This document shows positions 10,425 to 20,630 of a DNA stretch of 64,000 bases, piece after piece (positions within the stretch are counted from its first letter, which is position 1; every line of letters starts with the position of its first letter). The position numbers were made by a program, and so were the translations under genes. A model generated the notes under the pieces. It did no database searches. It saw nothing but the letters and a program-made list of their open reading frames with translations, and was not told where the DNA came from. This stretch comes from Lachnospiraceae bacterium (GTDB lineage: Bacteria; Bacillota; Clostridia; TANB77; CAG-508), in the NCBI GenBank assembly GCA_963621995.1, contig CAVFFZ010000001.1, positions 134,522 to 198,521 of the forward strand. The letters are read 5' to 3'.

Positions 10425-10663
10425 CTTTTTTGTTCATTTTCCAAAGTAAGTATGCTGCCAAAGTAACAACTTTTCTTTTACCTAAAAGTACAATACGAGT
10501 ACTTTTGACATCTCTTAGATCCGTTTAACAAAATACAATATAATTGTAATATAATATAAATTTTTCAAAGTGCTCGTAAACATATAGCTTTTGACGAACA
10601 GCTATATACAATTAATTGGCTATATTATATCACGATTTCAAGAAATGTCAAATATTTACAAAT

Positions 10664-10945
10664 TTATATTTTTTTCAAATATTCTTCTAACTCTGATAAT
10701 TTTATCTTTTTAGATAAGTTTGAAATATACACATCATTTGAATAATTGAAAACTAAAAAAGTAATACTTTTAATAATCACTTTATGTGGCTCAATATATG
10801 TAAGATTAGTTTTTTCTAATTTCCTAATGCTACCATTTATAAAAGTAGGGGTAACTTTAGCAAATTCACATATAAATTCAAGTCTCTGTTTTAGACATTC
10901 TTCAAATTGTAATTCTTGTTTAATTATTTTCAATTTATACACCAT
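10664..10945 (-). CDS. Small conserved hypothetical protein, paralog B, transcribed immediately upstream of the integrase
   Basis: Alignable with the ORF at 923-1234 (INGSIRKLEKTNLTYIEPHKVIIKSITFLVFN...LSEL). Confidence 0.5.
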   Translation of the reverse strand: MVYKLKIIKQELQFEECLKQRLEFICEFAKVTPTFINGSIRKLEKTNLTYIEPHKVIIKSITFLVFNYSNDVYISNLSKKIKLSELEEYLKKI

Positions 10946-11059
10946 CCTTTCGTTTGGATGATTTTAATATTGTTTTTAGACAACAAAAAAATCAACCAGA
11001 TTTATTTTCTGATTGATTTTGTATCAATTCTGTTCTATTAGTTCGAACAGAAACGTCAT

Positions 11060-11145
11060 TGGTGGGCAGGGATGGATTCGAACCATCGTACTCGTATGAG
11101 AACAGATTTACAGTCTGCCGCCTTTAGCCACTCGGCCACCTACCC
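11060..11145 (-). tRNA. tRNA-Tyr (GUA), long variable arm, CCA encoded
   Basis: The reverse complement folds as GGGTAGG acceptor / GGCCGAGTGGCTAAAGGCGGCAGACTGTAAATCTG anticodon arm (GTA) / long variable arm / GGTTCGAATCC T-arm / CCCTGCCCACCA. Confidence 0.85.
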
Positions 11146-11172
11146 ATATATTAAATTGTATATAAATAAAAT

Positions 11173-11248
11173 GGTGCTCCCTCAAGGATTCGAACCTTGG
11201 ACCCACCGGTTATGAGCCGGTTGCTCTGACCAACTGAGCTAAGGGAGC
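11173..11248 (-). tRNA. tRNA-Met (CAU), elongator type with a G1-C72 pair; Ile2-lysidine not excluded
   Basis: Reverse complement: GCTCCCTTAGCTCAGTTGGTCAGAGCAACCGGCTCATAACCGGTGGGTCCAAGGTTCGAATCCTTGAGGGAGCACCA. Confidence 0.85.
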
Positions 11249-11268
11249 ATGTGTTTAACACAAGTTTG

Positions 11269-11297
11269 ATTATACAAAACTTTTAACTTGTTGTCAA
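11269..11297 (-). promoter_or_regulatory. Sigma-A type promoter for the tRNA-Met/tRNA-Tyr unit (TTGACA-17-TATAAT)
   Basis: The minus strand reads TTGACAacaagttaaaagttttgTATAATcaaacttgtgttaaacac directly upstream of the tRNA-Met 5' end. Confidence 0.6.
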
Positions 11298-11435
11298 TAG
11301 ATTATTTAAATTTTTTTATTTATTTTTTACTTTTTTTATTATAAACTAATTTTTTATTTTTATAATATTATAAAGTAGGTTAGAAACACTAAATCTCTAA
11401 CCTACTTTTGACATTCACTAATATTAAGATTTATA

Positions 11436-12329
11436 TTATCTTTGTTCTCCTTTACCTTCTGGTAATGCTGGAACATCTAATACAACTCTAATTTTGAAAG
11501 CATATCTAATAGCTCTACCTATTTTGCTTTCTTTAATTCTTTGCCATAAAGATGGTTTAACTTCAAATCTAGTTTCTTCTATGTATTGTTTATTTTCTTC
11601 TACTGCTGGTTCTTCTGCCATTTCTTCAATTTCTACTGTTTCTTCTTGTGGTGTTGGAATTAATTTTAATGCATCCGCAATTTCAATTCCAATATAGCTT
11701 AATGCTTTTGATCTATCTTCAATTCTTTCCATATCTATTTCTATATGTAAGTTTGATTCTAGATTTACAATTCTTGCATTTACTAATTTAACTGCATCTT
11801 GATAATTTTGAGATGTCTTTGTTCTTGCTTTTCCTATTATTTCTAATGTTTCTACTATATCTTCTGGTAAATTTTTAGAAGCTTCTTTAAATTCTTGTTT
11901 CCATCCGTCTTCTTTAGCTGTTGCTACTTCTAAAGCTTCTTTTAATTCTCCTGCTAATGCAATATTTGCTTCTCTTTGACGAATTAATTCTTCTATTTGT
12001 TTTGTATTTTCTTCAAATTGATTTGTAGCATATTCTACTAAGCCATAAGCAGCTTTATATACACTTGCTGGGAAATTCTTTTTCTTTGGATATTCCACCA
12101 AATAAGTTTTTATTGATTCTATTAAATCTTTAAAATATGTATCATCATCTAATTGGATAATTTGTTTTTTACTTTTTGGATTAATTAATTTTTGTACTTT
12201 ATCAATATTTGATAACATCTTTTCTTCTGTGATTACCATTCTCACATTTACTATGCCAGATCTAGACATTGTAAACTCCTCCTTTTTCCTACGTATTGCT
12301 ATATTATATGTTTTTCTACAAAAAAACAC
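11436..12329 (-). CDS. Hypothetical protein; the likely start is the internal MSRSGIV
   Basis: ORF track with a strong downstream hairpin terminator at 11370-11410. No family recognised. Confidence 0.4.
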   Translation of the reverse strand: MFFCRKTYNIAIRRKKEEFTMSRSGIVNVRMVITEEKMLSNIDKVQKLINPKSKKQIIQLDDDTYFKDLIESIKTYLVEYPKKKNFPASVYKAAYGLVEYATNQFEENTKQIEELIRQREANIALAGELKEALEVATAKEDGWKQEFKEASKNLPEDIVETLEIIGKARTKTSQNYQDAVKLVNARIVNLESNLHIEIDMERIEDRSKALSYIGIEIADALKLIPTPQEETVEIEEMAEEPAVEENKQYIEETRFEVKPSLWQRIKESKIGRAIRYAFKIRVVLDVPALPEGKGEQR

Positions 12330-12476
12330 AATAGGAATTATAATATTTTATAATTTAACTTCATTTTTATTTTAATACAATATATTACAATCTGTCAATA
12401 GCAAAATTGTTATTTCCGTAAATATTTTTTTAATTTTAGGAAATTTTTCCACATGCTATTTTTATAAAATATTAAT

Positions 12477-14345
12477 TTATTTATCTTTATTCATTTCCAC
12501 ATATCTTTTAATTTTCATTGTAGTTGTTTTTGCGAATTCATCTTTCTTTATTTCTAGTTTTTTTATTGCTTTATATGATGTTAATTTATGATTTACTTCT
12601 TTTATTTTTTCCCATATAATATCATGAATTTGTTCATCTGTTAGTTCACCTTTATGTTCTTTTTGAATTTCTTCTAGGTTTGGTATTACTTTTGCAGTAA
12701 TAATTAATTCTTTTTCTCCTTCAACTTCTTTTCCATATACCATACATTCTTTTATTTCTGGTATATCACCTAACATTAATTCTATTTCTTCTGGATAAAT
12801 ATTTTTTCCATTTTGAGTTACTATTACATTTTTTATTCTTCCTGTTATATATAGGAAACCATCTTTATCTAGGTAACCTACATCACCAGAATGGAACCAT
12901 CTATTTCCTTCTTCATCTGTTTCTATAACTTCATTTGTTGCTTTTTGGTCTTCATAATATCCAAGCATTAATGTTTCACTCTTTATTAATACTTCCCCTT
13001 CTCCTTTTTCGTTTGGATTATCTATTTTTAATTCTGCACAAACAACAGCTTTTCCAGCTGAACCTACCCTTGAATCATATTGTGGTGTAAGTGCTGCTAT
13101 AGGCGCAGTTTCTGTTAGACCATAGCCTTGAAGGAATATTATTCCTAAATCTTGCATCCATTTTCCTACTTTTGGATCTATTGGAGCTGCTGCTGAAACA
13201 ACAAATCTTAATTTTCCCCCTAGATTTTCATATATTTCTTTAAATACGGTTTTCTTTATATCTACTCCAACATTTTTTAATGCATTTGTTATTTGCATCA
13301 TTGAATTTACCATTGCTGTTTTTCCACTTTTATCTATTGTTTGATTTATTTTCTTGTAAAGGTTTTCTATTAATAAAGGAACTGCAAGTAATGCTGTTGG
13401 TTTTGTTTCTTTTAAGTTAGGTACTATATATTTTAGTCCTTGACACACTGCAATAGAAGAACCTCTTGCAACTGGAAGCAAGAAACCTATTGTAGATTCA
13501 TATGTATGGTGTAAAGGTAATATAGAAAAGAATCTATCTGTTTCATGTATTTTTACATATGGATTTACTGCATTAATATTTTGAGCTAAATTTTTATTAC
13601 ATATCATTACACCTTTTGAGTTAGATGTAGTTCCCGAAGTAAATATTAACACTTTAAATTCTTCTGGATCTATTTCTATTTTAGTAAAAGAGTTATCGCC
13701 TTTTTCTATTATTTTCTTTCCTTGTTCAACAATTGTATTAAATCCTACTTCTCTACCAACTAATTTATCATCTGAATTCATTTGTATAAAGTATTTTACT
13801 TGTGGAAGTTTATCTTCAACTTTTCTTATTACATCTGATTTTTTAGTAGAATATATAACTGCTGTTGCATTAGCACGTTTTATAACATTTTCTATTTCAT
13901 TTGTTGGCAATTCTTTATCAACAGGTACTGCAATTCCAACACCACAAAGCATAGCCATGTATGAAACATACCAATGATATGTGTTTTCACCAATAATAAC
14001 TACTCTTTCATTTTTTAGATTATATTTTTTAGTTAGCGCTGTTCCTAATGCTATTACATCATTTGCAAATTCCTTATATGTAATTTTTGTAAATTCTCCC
14101 TTTGGTGTAAATTTTTCCAACATAAATATATTATCTGCGTATTTTTCTCTTGCCATATCAAATATTTCTTTTATTGTTTTATAATCTGTTGTCTCATATC
14201 CTCTTTGTTTTCTTTTTTGTGCTATTACTTGTTTTTTTTGCAATCTTTCATAGTCTAATTTTACTTCTTCAATTTTTTCTACATCTTTCATTTTTATTTT
14301 TTTAAATTTAAAATTTGGTATTTTAAAATCATTCAATATTCTCAT
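12477..14345 (-). CDS. fadD: Long-chain fatty-acid--CoA ligase (AMP-dependent synthetase)
   Basis: LIFTSGTTSNSKGV AMP-binding motif, YGLTE and GDVGY motifs. Confidence 0.8.
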   Translation of the reverse strand: MRILNDFKIPNFKFKKIKMKDVEKIEEVKLDYERLQKKQVIAQKRKQRGYETTDYKTIKEIFDMAREKYADNIFMLEKFTPKGEFTKITYKEFANDVIALGTALTKKYNLKNERVVIIGENTYHWYVSYMAMLCGVGIAVPVDKELPTNEIENVIKRANATAVIYSTKKSDVIRKVEDKLPQVKYFIQMNSDDKLVGREVGFNTIVEQGKKIIEKGDNSFTKIEIDPEEFKVLIFTSGTTSNSKGVMICNKNLAQNINAVNPYVKIHETDRFFSILPLHHTYESTIGFLLPVARGSSIAVCQGLKYIVPNLKETKPTALLAVPLLIENLYKKINQTIDKSGKTAMVNSMMQITNALKNVGVDIKKTVFKEIYENLGGKLRFVVSAAAPIDPKVGKWMQDLGIIFLQGYGLTETAPIAALTPQYDSRVGSAGKAVVCAELKIDNPNEKGEGEVLIKSETLMLGYYEDQKATNEVIETDEEGNRWFHSGDVGYLDKDGFLYITGRIKNVIVTQNGKNIYPEEIELMLGDIPEIKECMVYGKEVEGEKELIITAKVIPNLEEIQKEHKGELTDEQIHDIIWEKIKEVNHKLTSYKAIKKLEIKKDEFAKTTTMKIKRYVEMNKDK

Positions 14346-14346
14346 T

Positions 14347-14973
14347 TTACTTCTCCTTTTTTTGTAACTTTGTAATAAATGTTTTTTCTATTTCTTTATA
14401 TAATTCCATTACTTCTATTTCTTCTTTATTTCTTAATTTGTATATTAAACTTGAACAAACAAATCCAAATATTCCCGAAGCTACTACATTTGGATCTAAT
14501 TTTCCTATTTCTCCGTTCTTAATTCCCTCTTTTACTATTTTTTCTATCATTTCAATATATTCAAACACTATACTACGGCACATTTTTGAACGTTCACTAG
14601 TTCCCCATATTTCACTTAATATAATAGTTATAAAATTTTCATATTTAACTAATACTTTTATTTGTATTAATATTATTGCTTTTATTTTATCTATAGAATT
14701 AGTTAATTTATCTGTTTTTATTTCTATACTATTTTTTAAAAGTTTTATGCCTTCTTCTACTAGGAATTTAAATATTTCTTCCTTACTAGAAAAGTGATAA
14801 TATAAAGTTCCTTTTGCAACTCCAACAGTTGCAGTTATTTCTTCTATGCTTGTAGCATCATAACCTTTTTCTGCAAATAACTTCATAGAGGTTTCAAATA
14901 TTTTTCTTTTTGTTTTATTCATTTTTTCACCCTTATATAAAAATCTTTTATTATTATATAATCTTCTTTCCAT
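14347..14973 (-). CDS. TetR/AcrR family transcriptional regulator, overlapping the start of fadD; the likely start is the internal MNKTKRK
   Basis: N-terminal HTH RKIFETSMKLFAEKGYDATSIEEITATVGVAKGTLYYHF. Confidence 0.75.
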   Translation of the reverse strand: MERRLYNNKRFLYKGEKMNKTKRKIFETSMKLFAEKGYDATSIEEITATVGVAKGTLYYHFSSKEEIFKFLVEEGIKLLKNSIEIKTDKLTNSIDKIKAIILIQIKVLVKYENFITIILSEIWGTSERSKMCRSIVFEYIEMIEKIVKEGIKNGEIGKLDPNVVASGIFGFVCSSLIYKLRNKEEIEVMELYKEIEKTFITKLQKKEK

Positions 14974-15102
14974 TTTTGCAAGTAAATTTTGCTATTTGAC
15001 TATGCATTCAAATATATTCTAAAATATAAAAAATAGGAGGATTTTTTTTGCTACTTTTAAGTAACATTTTTTATCCTCCTAATTTTTTATTAATTTTTTT
15101 CT

Positions 15103-16113
15103 TTATCCTTGTCTCTTTCCATCTAATGTATCTAAGTTATCAAGTGCTTTTCCTGTTCCTAAAGCAACACATGACACTGCATCTTGTGCTATCATTACAT
15201 TTATTCCTGTTTTTTCTTGTAACAATTTATCTAGTCCATCAACTAAACAACCTCCACCTGTCATATATATTCCTCTATCACTAATATCTGCTGCAAGTTC
15301 TGGTGGTGTTTTTTCTAACACTGAATGAACTGCATCTACTATCATCATTGCAGGTTCCAATAGTGCTTCAAGCATTTCACTTGAATGTATAGTTATTGTT
15401 TTTGGAAGCCCAGTTAGTAAGTCTCTTCCTCTTACTTCCATTTCTGTATCTTGTATTTTAGGATACACACAACCTACATTTATTTTTAAATCTTCTGCTG
15501 TTCTTTCTCCTATCATAACATTATGTTTTTTCTTTATATATTTCACAATATGCTCATCAAATTTATCTCCTGCCACTTTTAAAGAAGTACTAACAACGCT
15601 ACCACCTAAAGAAATGACTGCTATATCTGTTGTTCCTCCACCAATATCTACTACCATATTTCCGCATGGTTTTGAAATATCTATTCCTGCACCTATAGCT
15701 GCTGCTATTGGTTCTTCTATTAAATATACTTTTCTTGCCCCTGCTTGTGATGCTGCATCTATTACAGCCTTTTTTTCTACCTCTGTTACTCTTGAAGGAA
15801 TACATATCATTATTCTTGGTGCAAATACAAACTTGCCACATACTTTGCTTATAAAATATTTTAACATTTTTTCAGTTTCTGTATAGCTCGAAATAACTCC
15901 TTCTCTTAAAGGTCTTGTTGCTACTATATTTCCTGGGGTTCTTCCAAGCATTCTTCTTGCTTCTTTTCCTACTGCTAATACATTTCCTGTATTATTGTCT
16001 ACTGCTACTACTGATGGTTCACGAAGCACTATTCCTTTTCCTTTTACATATGCTATTACAGTTGCTGTTCCTAAATCTATTCCTATATCTTGTCCCAATC
16101 CAAACATTTGCAT
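15103..16113 (-). CDS. mreB: Rod shape-determining actin homologue MreB/Mbl
   Basis: DIGIDLGTATVIAYVKGKGIVLREPSVVAV and DIGGGTTDIAVISLGG motifs. Confidence 0.9.
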   Translation of the reverse strand: MQMFGLGQDIGIDLGTATVIAYVKGKGIVLREPSVVAVDNNTGNVLAVGKEARRMLGRTPGNIVATRPLREGVISSYTETEKMLKYFISKVCGKFVFAPRIMICIPSRVTEVEKKAVIDAASQAGARKVYLIEEPIAAAIGAGIDISKPCGNMVVDIGGGTTDIAVISLGGSVVSTSLKVAGDKFDEHIVKYIKKKHNVMIGERTAEDLKINVGCVYPKIQDTEMEVRGRDLLTGLPKTITIHSSEMLEALLEPAMMIVDAVHSVLEKTPPELAADISDRGIYMTGGGCLVDGLDKLLQEKTGINVMIAQDAVSCVALGTGKALDNLDTLDGKRQG

Positions 16114-16386
16114 CTTCCTTTCAGTATATATTGTCCACCTTTATTTCTTTTTATTACAAATCTGTTACAATTATATTACGTTTTTTTTGAAATAGCAATC
16201 CTTTTTTTTAATTTCGTATTTTTTAATAGTATATTGTATATTTTTCTTATATAAAAATAAGAATTTGTATATAATTTAATTATACAAACTCTAAATTTTA
16301 TATTTTCGCGTTAAGAACTTTATAATATATCTATGCTATGTAAAATGAAAAACTTTAAAAAATCCTATTTTTTATTTAAATAAACT

Positions 16387-16866
16387 CTAAACAAAATAAA
16401 GTAATATTAATGCTGATATCATTGCAGCTAAACCTCTTTCTGTATCAGATAGTTTATCTTCCTCTTTTACATTATTCTCTTCAAGTATTTTTTCATCTAC
16501 TATATTTATAACAGCTTTATCTACTCTATTATAATTAAAATGAACTTCAAATTCTTTTTCATCTTTTGCATCTATTTTATCTATTTTTATATATTTTGTT
16601 CCCATTAAAACATTATGCTTAGAATAACATGCTATTTCTATGTACTTATTTTCTATACTCGTTTCTGTATTATTTGTAACTTTTACTTTTGCTTTTCCAT
16701 TTATAGACGTTGCTTCTACTTTTGCTTCTACTGGAATTGTTGTTAATATTTCCACACTTTTATATTTATATGTTGTATTTATTGCAATATATATCATAAC
16801 TTGTGAAAATATAAAAAACAAAACTACTAATAACAAATAGATAAAAAATGTTTTCATTCTTGCCAT
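16387..16866 (-). CDS. Hypothetical membrane-anchored protein
   Basis: N-terminal TM helix, then a beta-rich domain. Confidence 0.4.
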   Translation of the reverse strand: MARMKTFFIYLLLVVLFFIFSQVMIYIAINTTYKYKSVEILTTIPVEAKVEATSINGKAKVKVTNNTETSIENKYIEIACYSKHNVLMGTKYIKIDKIDAKDEKEFEVHFNYNRVDKAVINIVDEKILEENNVKEEDKLSDTERGLAAMISALILLYFV

Positions 16867-16892
16867 TTTTTATTCTCCATCCTATTTTATTT

Positions 16893-17549
16893 TTACAATT
16901 TTCTAAATACACCAGCTACTTTTCCTAAAATTTCACAATTTGGAACTATTATTGGATCCATTGTGCTATTTTCTGGTTGCAAACGAATATGATCTTTTTC
17001 TTTATAAAATGTTTTTACTGTTGCTTCCTCTCCAATCAGAGCTACTACTATTTCTCCATTATTGGCTACATTTTGCTTTTTAACTAAAATATAGTCACCA
17101 TTTAAAATGCCGGCTTCTATCATACTTTCTCCACGAACTGTAAGCATAAAGCTTTCTGAATTTCCAACAAAATCTATTGGAATTGGGAAAGTATCTGTAA
17201 TATTTTCTACAGCTAAAATTGGTTCACCCGCTGTTATTTTACCTATAACTGGCACTTCTACCATTTCTCTTCCTGAATAGAAGTTTTTATCTTCTTTTAT
17301 TTTTTCTTTATTGTCTGCTCCTTTTAATAAGCGAAGCGTTCTTCCTTTTTGGTCTTCTTTTTTTATGTACCCTTTTTCAGCAAGTTTTGCTAGATAACCA
17401 TGTACTGTTGCTGTTGAGCTTAATCCAACAGCCTTTCCTATTTCTCTAACTGATGGTGGATATCCCTTTTCGTCAACTTGTTTTTCAATAAATTTTAATA
17501 TTGATTTTTCTCTTCTATTTAATTGCATAGGATCTTTCTTTGCCTTCAT
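16893..17549 (-). CDS. lexA: LexA repressor
   Basis: N-terminal winged helix ([21 protein letters not shown]) and S24 peptidase core ([22 protein letters not shown]). Confidence 0.9.
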   Translation of the reverse strand: MKAKKDPMQLNRREKSILKFIEKQVDEKGYPPSVREIGKAVGLSSTATVHGYLAKLAEKGYIKKEDQKGRTLRLLKGADNKEKIKEDKNFYSGREMVEVPVIGKITAGEPILAVENITDTFPIPIDFVGNSESFMLTVRGESMIEAGILNGDYILVKKQNVANNGEIVVALIGEEATVKTFYKEKDHIRLQPENSTMDPIIVPNCEILGKVAGVFRKL

Positions 17550-17937
17550 TTACATCACTCCTAATTTTAATTTTCTATATCATATCATACAAACAAAATG
17601 ATGTCAAACAAAAGTTTTAATTTTCTAAATATTTTTAAACCTATCCTGAAACTTACTTTAATAAACTCAAAAAGCTAACCAAATCTCTATTTATTTGAGA
17701 TTTTGACTAGTTTTTTTGAAATCTACTAATAATTTATATATATCTTTTTGTAGCATTTTTTTTATAATATCTTCTTTATTACTAACCATTTTCTCTCCTA
17801 CTATCATTTTTTCTAATTTTTAGATTATTTAGTGTTATATTTTTTAACAAGCACTTTTGTTTTTTGTATAAAGTGTGTAATTTTAAAAAAAATGAATAAC
17901 CTTTTATAGTTATTCTCACTTTTCAGTTTGCCTTTTC

Positions 17938-18372
17938 TTATTTTATTCTTTCATATGTTACATATTCATAATCAAAAGGATTGGCTTCATTTTTTATTCC
18001 TTGCTCTTTTTTAACAATTTGCCATTCATCTTTACTTATTTCTGGAAAATAAACATCTCCATCAAATTCTTCATTAATATGTGTTATATACATTTTACTT
18101 GCATATGGTATTAACAATTTATATATTGTAGCACCACCTATTACAAAATTTTCTTCTTCAGAACTAATATATTTATCCAACATAGAAATATCTTCTAATG
18201 TTTCTACATTTTCATTTTCTACATTCATTTCCATATCATTGCATAATATTACGTGTTTTCTATTTGGTAACACTCTGCCTAATGATTCAAAAGTTCTTCT
18301 TCCCATTATTATGGTATGACCTATAGTTAAAGATTTAAATCTTTTTAAATCTTCTGGTAAATATTATCCTCC
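17938..18372 (-). pseudogene. folA: Dihydrofolate reductase lacking its first ~20 codons. The upstream frame runs into an inserted palindromic element and a stop.
   Basis: YLPEDLKRFKSLTIGHTIIMGRRTFESLG...VIGGATIY match DHFR. Bacillus DHFR begins ~21 residues earlier (MISFIFAMDANRLIGKDNDLPW). An in-frame TAA sits inside the repeat at 18371-18425. Confidence 0.6.
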
Positions 18373-18425
18373 GAACATTAGGGACGGTCCTTTTCGTTCC
18401 GAAATTGGAACACTAGGGACGCTCC
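18371..18425. repeat. 55-nt compound palindromic element (GGGACGGTCC core), orientation 1
   Basis: ccgaacattaGGGACGGTCCttttCGTTCCgaaatTGGAACactaGGGACGCTCC. Inverted copies are at 18461-18511 and 36102-36154. Confidence 0.7.
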
Positions 18426-18432
18426 TATTATT

Positions 18433-18868
18433 TTATTCTTTCTTTATAACATTTTTAAAAGGAATGTCCCCATGTTCCGATTTCGGAACGAAAAGGACCG
18501 TCCCTTGTGTTATATATCCTTCTATTTCAAAATCTTCTACTTTGAAATCATAGAAATTTTTAGTTGGATTTTTTATAACTAATTTTGGATGTACATCCAT
18601 ACTTTCTGCTTCTATTAATTTTTCTATTAATGGAACATGTCTATCATATATATGACAATCTCCTATATTGTGTGTTAAAGTTCCTACTTCTAAACCTGCT
18701 ACTTGTGCAAACATGCAAAGAAGTGCTACATATTGCATAGTATTCCATCCATTGGCTGCAACCATAAATTCCTTTCCTACATCATATACATTAGTTACTC
18801 CAACTAATGATATATAACTTGCTTTATTTCTTTTTATATACTTTATGTAAGGAGCAAAAGTGCCCCGT
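18433..18868 (-). pseudogene. thyA: Thymidylate synthase (ThyA) C-terminal remnant. The reading frame enters and leaves through repeat elements, and the PCH nucleophile region and N-terminal half are absent.
   Basis: LEVGTLTHNIGDCHIYDRH and FYDFKVEDFEIEGY match the ThyA C-terminus. The last codons (GTVLFVPKSEHGD...) are encoded by the repeat. The upstream frame stays open only to a TGA at ~18868, passing through the repeat at 18851-18882. Confidence 0.55.
18461..18511. repeat. 55-nt compound palindromic element, orientation 2. It forms an inverted pair with 18371-18425 around a 35-bp AT-rich spacer.
   Basis: GGAATGTCCCCATGTTCCGATTTCGGAACGAAAAGGACCGTCCCTTGTG. Confidence 0.7.
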
Positions 18869-18882
18869 CCCCAAATGTCCTT
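18851..18882. repeat. 29-32-nt GC-rich element GGAGCAAAAGTGCCCCGTCCCCAAATGTCC. Related copies are at 52679-52707 and 55962-55990.
   Basis: Direct sequence comparison. Confidence 0.6.
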
Positions 18883-19772
18883 TAATCAAACCATTTTGGC
18901 ACATATTCTTCTTCATGCTCTCCAAGTTCTTGCATGTAGCCATTTTTGAAATCTAATAAGTAAAAATATTTTTCTATTTCTTTATACTCTCTTTTAGTTA
19001 ATTTTCTATTTATTAGCTCATCTTCTTTTGCCTTGTATGTAGGAAAATATTGTGCCATTACATCTATATATATTTCTTCTGGAATGTTTTCTTTTATCCA
19101 TTTTAAAACATTTTTGCTGTTTTGAATATGATTCGGAAGTACTAAATGTCTTATCATTACTCCTTTTTTTATCATTCCATCTTCATCAAATATAGGTCCC
19201 CCTACTTGGTTTATCATTTCTAATATTGCTTTACTTGCAATTTTAAAATAATTTGGTGCTTTTGAATATTTCACGGCTATCTCATTTGAATAATATTTTA
19301 AGTCTGGCAAATATACATCTATATATCCCTTTAAATCTTTTATTGTCTCTACATTTTCATACCCATTTGAATTGTATATTATAGGAACATTTAATCCATT
19401 TTTTCTTGCAATCTTAATTGCTTCTATTATTTGATACACATACATCGTTGGTGTTACTAAATTTATATTATGAACCCCCGCTTCTTGCTGTTTTATCATA
19501 ATACTTGCAATCTCTTCTATTGTAATTTCATATCCTTTTCCTAATTGGCTTATTTCATAGTTTTGGCAAAATTTGCATGATAAATTACAATTAGAAAAAA
19601 ATATTGTTCCAGAACCATTTGTGCCACTTATGCATGGCTCTTCATACATATGTGTTGACACTAATGCAATTTTTATTTTGTCATTACATTTGCATCTTCC
19701 TGATTTTTCCTTTAACCTATTTACTTTACATTTATGTGGACATACATTACATTCTATTAATTGTTCTAACAT
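18882..19772 (-). CDS. Radical SAM protein of the PflX-like / pyruvate formate-lyase activating-enzyme-related family
   Basis: CNLSCKFCQN CxxxCxxC motif, ~300 aa, and a Cys-rich N-terminus (CNVCPHKCKV...CKC). Confidence 0.6.
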   Translation of the reverse strand: MLEQLIECNVCPHKCKVNRLKEKSGRCKCNDKIKIALVSTHMYEEPCISGTNGSGTIFFSNCNLSCKFCQNYEISQLGKGYEITIEEIASIMIKQQEAGVHNINLVTPTMYVYQIIEAIKIARKNGLNVPIIYNSNGYENVETIKDLKGYIDVYLPDLKYYSNEIAVKYSKAPNYFKIASKAILEMINQVGGPIFDEDGMIKKGVMIRHLVLPNHIQNSKNVLKWIKENIPEEIYIDVMAQYFPTYKAKEDELINRKLTKREYKEIEKYFYLLDFKNGYMQELGEHEEEYVPKWFD

Positions 19773-19857
19773 TTTTACCTCTTTTATTTAAATATTTATA
19801 TATAGTTTACCAGATTTTTTACATTTTTTGTATCATTTCATAAATTTTATGTTATAA

Positions 19858-20616
19858 TTGTTAAAGTTTTTAAGGAGTGATTTTTATATGGCATATTGTG
19901 AACAAGAATTTGATTTAACTATTAGAGATATTAATTCTAATTTAGAACTTTCTAATAAAGGTATTTTATCTTTTTTTGAAAATATTGGTGGTTTCCAATC
20001 TAATGAAGCTGGTCTTGGTATAAAAAATATCGAACAAACAAGATTAAGTTGGATTCTTCTACATTGGAAAATTAAAGTTTTAAAAAATATTAAATATGAT
20101 GGTAACCCAGTTAAAGTTAGAACATGGTCTAGAGGTATTAAAAAAGCTTGTTGTATGCGTGATTTTGAGCTTTATGACAGTAATAATAAATTATGCGTTA
20201 TTGGTACTTCAAAATGGACCTTAATTCATTTTGATAAAGGAATAGTTAGATTAACAGATGATTTAGTTCATAAATATATATATGATCCTAAATCTGTGTT
20301 TGGTGATGATTTTGAGTTCAAAAAAATTGTTGAGCCTGATAATTATTCTAGCATATATGAATACACTGTTTCTAGAAGAGATATTGATATTAATAATCAT
20401 ATGCATAATACTTATTATTTAGATTTAGCTTATGAAGCTCTTCCAAAAGATGTATATGAAAATAATACTTTTAACAATTTTGAAATAATGTATAAAACTT
20501 CTGCCTTGCTTGGTGAAAAATTAAAATGCTTCTACTCTTTTGTAAATGGTGAACATTTTGTTACTATAAAAAGTGAAGATGAATCTAAACTTCATGCTAT
20601 TATTAAATTTTATTAG
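19858..20616 (+). CDS. Acyl-ACP thioesterase; the likely start is MAYCEQEF at ~19888
   Basis: Two hot-dog-like halves and conserved NxHxxN-type residues (DINNHMHNTYY); typical ~245-aa length. Confidence 0.6.
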   Translation: MLKFLRSDFYMAYCEQEFDLTIRDINSNLELSNKGILSFFENIGGFQSNEAGLGIKNIEQTRLSWILLHWKIKVLKNIKYDGNPVKVRTWSRGIKKACCMRDFELYDSNNKLCVIGTSKWTLIHFDKGIVRLTDDLVHKYIYDPKSVFGDDFEFKKIVEPDNYSSIYEYTVSRRDIDINNHMHNTYYLDLAYEALPKDVYENNTFNNFEIMYKTSALLGEKLKCFYSFVNGEHFVTIKSEDESKLHAIIKFY

Positions 20617-20630
20617 TAAAACTATTATTA

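Noticed and set aside
15599-15841. An 80-aa minus-strand ORF inside mreB in another frame.
   Set aside because: It lies entirely within the conserved mreB coding sequence and reads as Arg/Ser/Asn-rich out-of-frame junk.
17550-17937. Looked for a Gram-positive LexA (Cheo) box CGAAC-N4-GTTCG upstream of lexA.
   Set aside because: No clear match was found in the 390-bp upstream region, so no operator is annotated.
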